A stretch of DNA of 62,302 nucleotides, the filler included, from Collodictyon triciliatum (Eukaryota), in the NCBI GenBank assembly GCA_043381765.1. It is 5 parts of 5 records of this genome, joined end to end, with 100 filler letters (N's around TTAATTAATTAA, not from the genome) between each part and the next. Parts side by side here need not be neighbours in the genome. Positions count along the whole stretch, not along the records: positions 1 to 13,531 come from JBHJMP010001972.1; positions 13,632 to 27,161 come from JBHJMP010001973.1; 3 more parts are not named here. One strand, 5' to 3'. Within the stretch, counting starts at the first letter, position 1, and every line of letters begins with the position of its first letter. The notes under the pieces were generated by a model. That model made no database searches, had not been told where the DNA came from, and worked only from the letters and a program-made list of their open reading frames with translations. The translations under genes and the position numbers were made by a program. Shown piece by piece: positions 1 to 18,790 of this stretch.

Positions 1-200
<200 letters not shown>

Positions 201-291
201 ACAACAACGAAAACTAGCAAAGAATATCTACTGTGGAATAAAAGTTAATAATTTCACGTGTCCTTTTCTCCCAGAAAATATGAGTGCTTAC

Positions 292-6409
<6,118 letters not shown>

Positions 6410-6560
6410 GGCAGTATAAACAAACTATCATAACAAAACTGCCGTGTGAATCAAGAAGCAAAGCTGAGCGCGAAGCAAACCTCCCAAAAAAAAACCCCAA
6501 ACGCAGGGACACAGCGCAACAAACTGTAAAGCGCCCACTCTAAAATCAGCCCGTGATAGG

Positions 6561-9391
6561 ATGCCCATCCGCCGATTCTACCGAGTCTCGAGCATCGCAG
6601 CTCATCAGCTGCAGCGTCTCTCAGCCTTTCTTCCGAACCCAACACCCGAGTTGAAGCTTGAGTGGTGCTACTACGTCCAGTTTGACGAGTCGCCTCGAGC
6701 AGAAGACGCAGAAGCCTCACAGGAGGGTGACTTGACAAAGGATGAATACTCTGTTCTGATGTGGCTCTTGGCAGAGACATTTCTTCCTCAGGAGTTTGGA
6801 ACGGTGTCCTTCCTTAGCGAGGAGCAAGGTATGCACATTTTTTTGTTATCCTTTTTCTTAGCACTTTTTTTTTTATTAAATATAACAATTCTCTATCTTT
6901 TGATTGCTTTGCTTCTTTGTTTGCTTACATAAAAGCTGGTATTTAACCATAATTTTTTGGATTTTCATTTCCCTTCACATAATATCTTATACATCTTTTC
7001 AACATTATAATGCTGAGTTATTTCTACGTTTTCGACCTCACTTTTCAACTTTCACACTTTTCATAATACCTTCGTTCGCCTCATACATTATCCCTTCATT
7101 CACTTACTCTTTTCCCCTTCGTCGCTCATATATGATATTTCGTTTACTTCGATTCACAAATCCAACATTCCCTCCCCTTCAGTCTTATTTATTTTGCAAA
7201 CCACAAAAAAAAAAAAAACCCTGTGCTTATACATGTATTCTAAAAACTCATATGCTTTTGCAAATGTCTTTTGATACGAATATCCTCATTCAATAAAACA
7301 ACGAAAAAATGTGTTGAATCATACTAGGGTCAGTTGTCGAAGTCGGACCCCGAATGAACTTCACCACAGCCTGGTCAACCAACGCAGTCTCTATTTGCCA
7401 CTCATGCGGCCTCCAGCGCATTAATCGTATTGAGCGTTCGCGTCGATATTTGATTGGCGACAAACAAATTCCCCTCACTGAAGAACAACGCAGACTCTTT
7501 CTCTCCACGGTATTTATCCCTTAAACCCTGTGTTCTATATCTTATTTCAAACCACATATTATCATTACTACACTAGTACTATCGAACCAGGGTTGATTGA
7601 ATATGTATGATACCATAACCGAGCATGTCAAGCCATGCACGTTAATGAGATTCTCAATTCAATTACTTGCGCAATATGCATTCCAACGTCCTTCCACACG
7701 CAGATCCACGACCAAATGACAGAGTGTGAGTATCGCCAACCCTTGCAAACCTTTGAAACTGGTATCAAACCAGAGGCTGTTTTTGAAATCCCCATAATGG
7801 AACAAGGAAAAGCAGCTCTGCAAGAGATCAACACTAAAATGGGTCTTGCCTTTGATGATTGGGACATCGAGTACTATACAGATTTGTTTCTCAACAAATA
7901 CAAGAGAAACCCGACAAATGTGGAGTGCTTCGATATTGCCCAGTCAAATAGCGAGCACAGCCGCCATTGGTTCTTCCGTGGAAAACTGCTCATTGATGGA
8001 GAAGAAGTAATTTTTTTCTGGCTTATACACTTGACGTAATGAAATGTTCACTATTAGCTATGTATTGTTCACTTTTTAGATTTTTCCGGTATTTATCTTA
8101 AATATCTTGTTATCTGATGTTTTGAATACACCCTTTTCATTTACAGATTCCAACATCTTTGATGAAAATTGTGAAATCCACACTCGATGCTGACCCTGAA
8201 AATAACAGTGTTATTGCATTCAAAGGTTTTTTTTCCCTCAGCAAACAATGAAATAGAAATAGAAAATACAAACTTAACGCAAAAGTTCATCCATATACAT
8301 TCCCTCTCTTTTTGCCAATCGTCAATGCTATTTACAGAAATTAAACACACAATATATCATTTCCCGAGTCATTTATATTTGACATTTTTTACAATTTTAA
8401 AAAAACCCATCACATGGCCATCTGTGATACTTTTCTTGAACATGATGAACCATGAGCTCTTTAAATCACAAAAATTCAGATAATTCCAGCGCCATTCGCG
8501 GATATCCCATCAAAACAATTCTACCAGAAGAGCCAGGGAAACCTTCAACTATGACTGTGAAGGACGCTATTTATCACTTGATCTTCACAGCCGAAACACA
8601 CAAGTAATTATCACGTTTAAGGGGAGGAAATGCGAATCTCAGCATCGAAATTATAAGACTATTATTTCATTCTCATGAGCACCCCCCATCAGCTTCCCAT
8701 CAGGTGTTGCCCCATTCCCTGGAGCAGAGACCGGAACTGGTGGACGAATCCGTGATGGTTCAGCCACAGGAACAGGCTCGCTCCCAGTAGCTGGTACAGC
8801 TGCTTATTGTGTGGGAAATCTACACATTCCTGGATACAAGTTACCCTGGGAAGACGAGTCCTTCATTTACCCAGAGAATCTTGCTTCGCCACTGCGTATT
8901 GAAATCGAAGCTAGTAATGGAGCATCCGACTATGGCAATAAATACGGAGAGCCTGTTATTCAAGGATTCACTCGCTCTTTTGGTAAAACTGATTCACTGT
9001 GATATTTCATTTACTTTGCTTTAATCATCCAAGTATTTATTCATCGATCTACTTACCTTAGCCACGAAGTCTCTTTCTCATTCTACATCCCTTTTTTTTA
9101 TTTTTATTTTATTTTATTTGCAAGGTCTTCGACTTCCCAATGGCGAGCGACGAGAATATGTCAAGCCCATCATGTTCAGTGGAGGCGTTGGTCAAATTGA
9201 TGCTCGCCACACCAGCAAAATGCCTCCAGAGAAGGTTGCCATTCACTTTAATTTCAATAATTGACACCCGATAGAAAGCCTTTGGGACCAATCCTATATG
9301 CTCCTTTAACATCGAAATCAAGCGTTGCACGAAAACGCCTCAAAAGAATACATTTCTTGATCAAAAGATAGACCACCATTTTGAAGTTCCC

Positions 9392-9447
<56 letters not shown>

Positions 9448-12400
9448 TTTATTTTGAATATGACTAAAACAGCATATCTGTCTACATACTCACAAACGAT
9501 TTATAATGCTATTCCCTCTTCGATGATAGGATATGATTGTTGTCAAACTCGGAGGTCCAGCATATCGCATTGGTATCGGAGGCGGTGCTGCATCAAGCAT
9601 GCTTTCAGGTTTCTTTATCATCTCACTCCAACTGCTCGTGAACTCAGCAATCAGCTAACAAATTATGCCTTCTCTTTCGAATGGGGTTACACATATTCTG
9701 TTCACTAGTAGCATACAATTATTATTATTATTTTCCTAAAAAATTGCTGACGTGTGTTATTAGGGGCGAACGATGCATCTTTGGATTTTAATGCAGTGCA
9801 AAGGGGTGACGCAGAGATGGAGCAAAAATTCAACAGGTATGTTTTCCACAGAGACTGTACATCCTTCTTATTATTCAGTCGACTCACACAAAAGTCTTGT
9901 TGGTCAACGAGCGATTGATACTATTGATGTAGTCTATTACACATTTCGCAAGTAAAACAAACAATTTCTTTTCTTAAAAACAGAGTCATTCGGGCCTGTG
10001 TTGAGTTGGGGGAAAATAACCCAATTATATCAATTCACGACCAGGTTGAATGTTATTATGATTCACGCACTTAATCTTTTATTTGTTGTGGTTATTAATT
10101 TTTGTGGCAGAAAATCCAGCGGAAATTTGTGATTTAGTTAATTTTCTCACGTTACCACCATGATGTATTCCGAGCAAGTCATCTTATTTCTCTGAGTATT
10201 CCCTTTACTTACGGGTATTCTGATAAAGGGAGCTGGAGGCAATTGCAATGTTTTGAAGGAGATTGTGGACCCTGCCGGAGCTGTCATTGACATTCGAAAG
10301 ATACCTGTGGGAGACAAAACGTAGTCATGAATACATTTCTCGTAGCTTGAATATCTTTCTCTTACTATTTGTTCAGTTTGGTATTCAGATGTATATGAAG
10401 GAAGTCGATTGACTTTGAATAGAACGAATAATTGTGAATTATATACCAATCCTAGACTATCTGTAATGGAACTATGGGGTGCCGAGTACCAAGAAAACTC
10501 AGCCTTGCTAATCAAACCGGAGCATGCGAAGCTCTTTGCCGATATATGCCAGCGTGAAAGAGTGCCCCATTTCTTCTAAATATTACTATATCTACCCACT
10601 CACCTACAAGTTTTCCAGTGGCAATAATAATGACGAAAGTTCATCAATTAACCACCACCCCGCCCCACCCAAAAATTCCACAAGTACTATGCTTTCTTTG
10701 ACTCTGTATCTCGACTGGCTTTCTAGGCAACGTTCGCCTACGTCGGAAGAGTAACAGGTGACGGACGAATTATTGTCCAAGATTCACTGGATAACACAAC
10801 GCCCGTGGATATGGACTTGTCAAGGTATCTAGATTTACTTACTTCACACAGCAACAATTACATTTCCAATTTGTTCCTTGATTATACTTTATGGACTATT
10901 CACCAACTGAGCTTATCTATAATCTGCTCGTTAGTGTCCTAGGTGATATGCCCCAGAAGACCTTTACTTTCACTCGCATTCCACCAGTCCTGAATCCTCT
11001 TGCTATCCCCGAAAACACGTGTGTTGCTGATGTATGTATACCCAATCAACCAATCTCACCCATCCCTTGCATTATGATGTATCCAGAAAGCAAACAAAAA
11101 ACATAAAAACTTCAACCATATTTATACCATCGAGTTTCCTGTACCTTCACTTATTAATTCATTGAGTAAATAACATTCTAAATCTCTCTTTCGTTCGATC
11201 TTCTTTTTAGGCGCTCAACCTGATATTCCGCCTTGTCTCTGTCGGGTCCAAACGCTTCCTGACAAACAAGGTTGACCGAAGTGTCACCGGGCTGATCGCT
11301 CGTCAACAATGCGTCGGACCTCTTCAACTACCATTGTCCGATGTTGCCGTCATGGCACAAAGTCACTTCAGCAATACGGGCGCAGCCATTTCAATCGGTG
11401 ATTTTTTTATGAAGTTCAATCACTTTTTATTGAGCAAAATTATTTCTGTAAGATATTCAAATGAATATTCGATACTTTTTTTTCTTAAGAAATAAAGAAA
11501 AAGAAAAGCTTTCATCATGGTATCACCTTCGTAGAATTCAAAGTAATCTGAATGAGATAATCATCCTAATGGTAACTACTTATCCCATCAACTCCAAATT
11601 TCATGCAGGAGAGCAGCCCATCAAAGGACTAATTAGTGCCCCTGCAATGGGCCGCCTTTGTGTCGGAGAAGCTGTCACAAACCTAATGTGGGCTGCGGTC
11701 ACAGCCTTGAAAGACACAAAATGTTCTGGTAATTGGATGTGGGCGGCAAAGGTTTTTTTTCTCATACAAAAATATTCTTAGCTATGTTGTTAAAAAATTG
11801 ATGTGGTTAGAAAATGTGATGCCCTTCCGTTGAAACAACTATTAGATCACATTTTTTTGAAAAAAAGGGGAAGAAAAATAGCAATACTAATAATTCATCT
11901 TTAATTATTGGCCAGCTGCCTGGTGAAGGAGCACTCCTCTATGATGCATGTCGCGCAATGTCGGATGCCATGATTGCTCTTGGAATTGCTATTGATGGGG
12001 GCAAAGACAGTCTTTCCATGGCTGCCAGAACAAAGTGGAAGTTCAATTATTGCTCAATTTGATTCCTTCTCTTTTTGATTTCTTTCCTTTCTTGCTTTCT
12101 TTGCGGTTCAATCAATGGCTTCTCGGTCTTATTTTTCGTTTTCTTTCAATTACTTACTCGCTTAATCAATTTTGACATCCTGACAGAGATGAGATTATCA
12201 AGGCACCAGGGACTCTTGTTGTTTCATGCTATGCATCATGCTACGATATTACAAAAGTCGGTCTGAAAAAAAAAACATTGTGATACTTGCCAATACTACA
12301 AAAAGAAAAGAAGATTGGGGAATGAAACTGAATTATTCACAATATTATAGACGGTTACACCCGACATCAAACACGCTGGAAGCTCCATTTTCTTTGTCGA

Positions 12401-13269
12401 TCTTGCAAAGGGTCAAATGCGCCTCGGTGGTTCCTCGCTGGCTCAAGTGTTTAAACAAATAGGAAATGACGTCCCTGACCTTGAGGACACTGCACTTCTC
12501 CTGAATGCATTTAACGTCATTCAAGACTTAATTCGTCAAGGCCTTGTGAGTGCCCGCCGATTGTTTACTTCATCCATAATTCCGACACACTTCTACAGTG
12601 CTGGGAAGCTAGCAGCAATTCAAAGTGATATCGCTCAATTATCGGTATTTACTTTTAATTTTTTTTTATTATAATTATGTAATGCCTCATTTATAGGTTA
12701 GCGCTGGGCACGACCGCAGCGACGGCGGCCTCATCACCACCATCCTCGAGATGGCTTTTCCGGCTCTCATGGGCCTGGACATCGACATTCCCATCAACTC
12801 CGAAGCTGTTGAGCCGCTCCAGGTTTTGTTCAATGAGGAGCTCGGCTTTGTTTTCGAAGTATCAGTTGGTAATGATGAAGTAGTCAAAAGTACTTTCGCA
12901 AAAGCGGGTGTGCCACTTCAATACGTGAGTAAAGACAAATCCACAATAAAAATAAATATATAAGGAGGAACGATATCATCTATGTCAGAAGTATATTTCT
13001 TTCAATTCCTTTCGTTTTTTTTTTTTTTTTGCGATAATCTGACTCTTTCAGACTCGCTTTCTATTTCTTTGTAATTCATACAATTTGAAATAATCAAACA
13101 GATTGGAAAGTCTACAAACTCTGGCAACATAAATATCCGCATCAACGGCCAACTGGTTTTGGACACGGGTGTGCGTGATGCCTTGCTCCTTTGGGAAGAA
13201 ACAAGCTATCAACTAGACCGCCTACAAGCAAACCCATCCTGTGTAGACGAAGACAGAGAAGGACTCAAG
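6561..13269 (+). CDS. PFAS: Phosphoribosylformylglycinamidine (FGAM) synthase, large eukaryotic-type PurL; multi-exon, truncated by the contig end before the glutaminase domain
   Basis: Diagnostic motifs in order across exons: [139 protein letters not shown]. Confidence 0.97.
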
Positions 13270-13346
13270 TGAGATTTCATTCTAACATCAAGACTACCTG
13301 ATGTCTTTGGGTTGATTATAATGAAATAGTTTAGATAAATGAAGAA

Positions 13347-13531
13347 GACAAAAGAAAGAGACAAAAGAAAGAGACAAAAGAAAGAGACAAAAGAAAGAGA
13401 CAAAAGAAAGAGACAAAAGAAAGAGACAAAAGAAAGAGACAAAAGAAAGAGACAAAAGAAAGAGACAAAAGAAAGAGACAAAAGAAAGAGACAAAAGAAA
13501 GAGACAAAAGAAAGAGACAAAAGAAAGAGAC
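13347..13531 (+). repeat. 13-nt tandem repeat (AAAAGAAAGAGAC)n in a PFAS intron, ending at the contig break
   Basis: About 14 near-perfect copies, read directly. Confidence 0.9.
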
Positions 13532-13631
13532 NNNNNNNNNNNNNNNNNNNNNNNNNNNNNNNNNNNNNNNNNNNNTTAATTAATTAANNNNNNNNNNNNN
13601 NNNNNNNNNNNNNNNNNNNNNNNNNNNNNNN
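13532..13631. other. Artificial contig spacer N44-TTAATTAATTAA-N44
   Basis: The same 100-nt spacer, with stops in all six frames, occurs four times. Confidence 0.97.
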
Positions 13632-14434
13632 TTTTCTTTTCTTTTCTTTTCTTTTCTTTTCTTTTCTTTTCTTTTCTTTTCTTTTCTTTTCTTTTCTTTT
13701 CTTTTCTTTTCTTTTCTTTTCTTTTTCCTTTCTCCTGGGTCTTATTCGGCCTGTGACTAGATAAGCTTTATTACAAAGGTTGTGACGAACTTGGTTTTAT
13801 CGCTTTCAAAGCACAACAATTTTTATACAACGAAAGTGTACCGACATATACATAGCAATTTATTGCACAGACAACCATCGAATTAAACCCGGGTTGAAGA
13901 AAGCAGGAGCTTTGATGAATCCAAGAGACAACCTGAATAATATAGCTGTATGGTTAGTATATATAATAAGGTTAAAATTACTTAATAATCGCATTCTATT
14001 CCTATAATCTATTTATTTTTTTTTATCATTTATCTAATATAATCATTAAAATTTAAAAAATTACAAACAAACCCTTGCCTTGGCCCAGACAGAACCCACC
14101 CTATAAACCCGCCACCAAACATGCATTTCCAAAAAGCATCCTATCGACACTTGCAGCGGTAATCATGATGTTTGGGGCCGATATGTTGACTTTCAGTCAC
14201 AACGACTATACCGCCGTCCCTTCGAACTCGCCGAATCGGCTCTCGGCGTTTTGTCTCAAATCACTTGTAAAAAAAATTTTGTGCGTTTGTTTGCCACAAT
14301 GTGCACATTTTGAAAGTCTCGGTGGATGCTTCATTTTACATAAATTGAATTTATGCAGTTTTTTTTTTTTTATTATTATTAAATTGGCTGGTTGACTTGA
14401 GTTTTATTAAAATTGATAACTAAGTAGTTTTCTA

Positions 14435-16295
14435 ATGGAAAAAGTAAAACAAAGACTTTCAGATGAAGAAAAGAAAATGTCTTGAGTCTGAGAATCTAAA
14501 GTCTCTAAAACCATACTATCGAAATGTGAAGACATCTTTAAAGTCGATTGTAAAGAATGCAGATGACTATGACAAAATCAACGATTCGGCTTTTTCGTGT
14601 CATAATTTGGTTGCCGACACTTATCTGTTTGCAAGATGTTACATATTGAAATCACAACAACTCCCAACAATCGATGAAAAGTCTTTTTTTGTACTCTTTA
14701 AAGCCAGTCAGAGTAGTTTCACAAGATAGACCCACAAGATTAAAAAAAAAACTAGATTTGAGTAAAGAGATGATGACTTTTTATCTCAATGATTTTCGAT
14801 TCTTTTAGTCCCAAGAACGCTTTCCGTTGGTTGGGCTGTCTCATGTATTACCGTACTTGGCGAAGCAAATGTTAACAGCTTATCATAATAACACTAAGGA
14901 ACATTTTGTAAAGAGTTTATCGCGCTTTATAAATCAAAAAGTTCCTAAAGATGTGAATATGACGGAAGCAATTAAAAAGGCAGGGTTACGAAAATTAAAA
15001 AAAAAAGCCATCTTCAAGAATCTCGAAATACTGGAGCAATATAAAGAATGAGCTACAATCGCATTTGCATCATATCATTCCCAGCAATATTGTAAATGGT
15101 ATCGAATATATGGTCAAAGTCAATCCGAAGAAGTACATTCCATGTCTGATTTACATGAATCCCATTTTTGAGGACATTGGAGCCCAAACTGTGTCAACCA
15201 ATTTGTATAAGGACTATCAATATACAATGTCATATTAATCTAGATATTGCATGTTCGATAGGTCTATTAGTATCATCTGGAAAACATCATTACTGAAGAA
15301 TATATCAGGATGCAAAAAGACCATGTGGGATGAGTTCTTTGAAATGAAGAGGGTCTTTCATCAAAGAGACTAAAATTTCAAATGCAGGATACAAACAGAT
15401 GGGTGGGCGGTGTCATTATTCTTTAAGATAGGTATCTCAGATTCAAAATTCCAATTTAATCAAAAAAAAAAACTCAAGAATATGTTTATATAGATGAGCT
15501 TTCCGAAGAGCAGTTATTTTTATTAGCGAAAAAAATAGATGGAGTGGACGCTGGCAAGATTAATTTGGTTTACATGGTGTGTGAGACAGGTAAGAAATTA
15601 CGTTACACGACACATCAAAGAAGACATGATAGCAAATCTCTTGAAAATCACAAAATACTTTTGCGCGAGAAAAAAAGAAAAGTACGAAGCTTCAGGGATT
15701 ACATGGCAACAAATTTACAAAGTGCTGTTTCTTTTGGTCTCAGGACTTTTGAAGAGAATCAGCAGTTTGAGACATTAAGAGTATCTTTAATCGTTTTAGA
15801 GACAGAACTGAGTAAACATAATTCATGCACGGCCGATTATGAAAAATTTCGAGAATATGTATCTATGATATCAAGACACCAGATAGAACTATCCAGATTT
15901 TATGAACAAGTAACTTTTCGAAAGATGATATGGAGACAGTATGTTATTACAGAAAGAAGTGAATAGTTGTTTATGGATCGAATCGAAAAGACATTTGGCA
16001 AGGATGTTGTACTGGCGAATGGAGACTGGAGCAGAAAATCTCAGATGAAACATTTTACGCCAACAATTGGAAGAGCATTACGAAAAATACTATCCAAACG
16101 TTTTGAACCGGTTTGTGTAGATGAATCTAGAACCTCCAAGGTGTGTTGTAACTGCGAAAAAGAACTGGAATATATGAAACTGAAAGGAAACTCAAAAAAT
16201 GTATAGATTTCTCATATTTAAAGAATGCAATTCCTTAGAAAACAAACAAAGTGTATTCTTGACAAGAGACTTTAACAGCGCTTAAAAATATTCTC
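14435..16295 (+). pseudogene. Fanzor1 (eukaryotic TnpB-family RNA-guided endonuclease), disrupted by frameshifts and stops
   Basis: Reconstructs to about 620 codons. N-terminal VKTSLKSI, then YLAKQMLTAYHNNTKEHF, YMVKVNPKKYIPCLIYMN, RIQTDGWAVSLFF. RuvC-I GVDAG (Asp codon 15547). GDWS..MKHFTPTIG. RuvC-II VDESRTSKVCCNC (Glu codon 16123). RuvC-III RDFNSA (Asp codon 16268). Confidence 0.88.
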
Positions 16296-16344
16296 AAGAA
16301 AGTTCTTTTAATCCTTCAAAATATGCATACACCTCTCTTTTAAA

Positions 16345-16470
16345 AAAACAGGCTGTCGGGTCTTTCCTGGCAGCCTTCACTACTACACAATCTTTGTGAA
16401 ACAAGTGGCGGTGAGACCTTGGATACTGGCGCACAAGGTTTACCAATCGAAAGATGGTATACTCCTTCTA
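16345..16470 (+). ncRNA. Putative Fanzor omegaRNA scaffold (may extend to ~16585)
   Basis: Lies immediately 3' of the Fanzor ORF. 10-bp stem GGCTGTCGGG/CCTGGCAGCC (16351-16375, two G-U pairs). CACAA/TTGTG hairpin. GGTGAGACCTTG/CAAGGTTTACC stem (16410-16444). GAAA-tetraloop hairpin TACCAATC-GAAA-GATGGTA (16441-16459). Confidence 0.65.
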
Positions 16471-16489
16471 TTATGAGACTGAAATGAGA

Positions 16490-18790
16490 ACCAAAAGCTT
16501 CTTTTTTTACTCGAATTCTGAGTGAAATGTTTATATTATTATTTTCTCTCGCAAGAAGGTCAGAAATGATTATCTGAGAGTTAAGGAACTTTGAATATAA
16601 TAAATAGGTATGGGAATTGGGAAAGTTCTTCGTTTACGGCTTCAGCTTCTTGTGTGGGTATTTTACTTGCGATAAAATATTTGTGTAATCTCATTTGTCC
16701 ATATTTTCTCTTCGTTGGTTGCTCTGGATACTTTATCTATAATTTCTTTCATTACTCTTTTTTGAGCGTGTCCATGTACTCCATCAGATGCGCCTAATGT
16801 GCAGTTGGAGCTCGCGTTTTTCTTGGATGAGTTATCGTCTCCAGATATAACATATGAGAGGGACACTGCTCTCATCCAATCCTTCTTGGCTAACTCTTCT
16901 TAGAGTCTCATATATACTAACTGTATTGTTTTTGTTCCTATTTGGCTTGGTCTCTTGGCATCACAACTGCCATATCGATTATGTATACAGTTTTTGCGCA
17001 TTCTATAATGAACTTCTGATTCAGGTCTTATGGTCGATTTTTGGACTTTGAGCTCAAAGTTACTGTCGGAGCGTGTCATGGCGTATTGTTTTACCACTAC
17101 TTTTTCTATTTTGTTCCTTTTTCTTGTTATGTCTCTTGATGTTTTTTAGACTAAGATGTTTGCAAATACATGAAATAACTTCGTTGTGACGTCTGGCGTA
17201 GTGTGGTAGGTTTAGAGTGCATGGTTTGGCTTCATGGGAGAGTTCCTTTGTGCCCTAGAAGCGTAGTTTATATGTATGCCGTTACATAATACGATGCAGT
17301 CTTGTCGGATGGCACATGCAAGTGCTTTCTTTATAGAGCGTGTTCCTTTTCTGGGCCATTTGCTGGACTCTTGGTTGTAGATAGCTTCTTCCAGAGACAT
17401 GCCAAATAGAGCGCAGGGTGTTTTCTTCCTGCTATTTTCATTAAATTACTGGATTTGAGAGTATTTGTAACTGTGTGTTACTAAACACTCTCGATGCAGA
17501 TTTTCGTGTATTTGGCCATTAGTATTTCCTCAATTCGAGTGGTTAGGAATGTTTCTTTTGCCTTTTTCTCCATTGTGGGGATAGCAGTCTTCGTATGGAT
17601 TTTTAATATGTCACTAGGGTTAAAGCAAAAATCTATAAGCAGCCTTTTTGCTCGGTGTCGAATGCTGAATAGACCTCCTCCATTTTCATATATAGCCAAG
17701 TGGAGTCGGTAAACATGCAGCATTAAAAATACTCTCCCGCTTTTGATGAAATTTCTCCTTATCAAGTCCATATTTCTGAACTAATTCATACTCTAATGAA
17801 CAAGACCGATATGATAGTTCATTACTGACGGAGCAAATTGATTGATAGCTTAGAAGAGGCGTATGCAGCTTAGGTTTGATGCGCATAGTTTTTTTTTCTT
17901 GTATTCTTCTCTTCCTGTGCCCTTGTATTGGTTGTCTTAAATATTTAGTCTCTTTGGTCTTTTTAGATTCTTAGATGCCTGTAAGCTTCTTGTTGCCTGG
18001 CATATTAGTTATGACACGAGCATGTCTGGCTGTTGGCTGCTGATTTTCCTTGTTTATCTTGAGCTCTTTCTTAAATTCACTGTCTGTTGTATCTAGCAAT
18101 TTTTTCAAGCCACTCTTTGTTGGTTGCATTTAACTTTATACCGTTCACGAATAGAAATCGATTTGGCTTCTTTTCCTCGTGTTCACTGTATACACTTAGT
18201 CAGAGGACCCTCACTGGATTTTAGTTTACTTGTTATGGGTTGTATATTCAGGATGAGCAGCAGGAGCGAAAATGTGTCTCCCTGCAATATGCCATGTTTC
18301 ATTTTATCCATTCTCAGTATTTTTCCTTGGTGATTGATATTGGACGTCGCTTCTTTGTTGTGATTTCCATAAACTTTGCTATCTGTGAGGGTGCTTTTAC
18401 TCATGCGTTGTGTAAGTCTGAATTGCGATGCATCGTTCCCGTTCCTTTTTCTTTGGAATGAAGCAGATATTTTCTTTCGAGAAACGTCTGGATGACTCTC
18501 CAAGCCTCTCTGTTGTTCAATTCATGGCTTCCATTAGATATGATTGGTAAGTGTTCGTTTGTTTATGAAGAATCAATGTATCGGGTCGATTCCAGTCGCT
18601 TTTTGGCGGGGAGTGGCTTTAATCTTTCCAAAAGCCCATCTTTGTAAAATATCATCCACTCGCGGGAGGCCTTGCAATCTACACATTGTTCTCTTGCTCT
18701 CTACATTTTTGCGCATATACAATACAATTATTATTTTTCGAATACATAGGTTCAAGGTTTTGCGTATTATCGCGAGCATCGTATCATAAC
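16490..18790 (-). mobile_element. Degraded non-LTR retrotransposon (reverse transcriptase + CCHC knuckle + probable restriction-like endonuclease)
   Basis: Minus-strand fragments in the expected order: KATGIDPI (RT domain 0), GILQGDTFSLLLLILNIQP (QGD motif), TKYL, YRLHLAIYENGGGL (thumb), QCPSHMLYLETITH..SSNC (decayed CCHC), then FPYLFII / IIISDL..ENNNIN (decayed PD..D-like). Many stops and frameshifts. Confidence 0.72.

Noticed and set aside
6561-13269. Alternative genetic code, or PFAS pseudogene, to explain the fragmented ORFs
   Set aside because: The breaks coincide with GT-AG introns and conserved motifs rejoin in frame. The missing C-terminus is due to the contig end.
13576-13587. TTAATTAATTAA as a biological palindrome or piggyBac target site
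   Set aside because: It is identical in all four spacers and flanked by fixed N runs, so it is synthetic.
14075-14395. 106-aa plus ORF, and a minus-strand KCAHCGKQTH snippet, as a possible partner transposase
   Set aside because: No transposase or recombinase motifs, non-ATG start, and the minus frame stops quickly.
13960-14435. Search for a Fanzor left end, TIR or TSD matching the right end (e.g. TTAACTCTCAG)
   Set aside because: No convincing inverted repeat or duplication was found by eye, so the element boundaries are left undefined.
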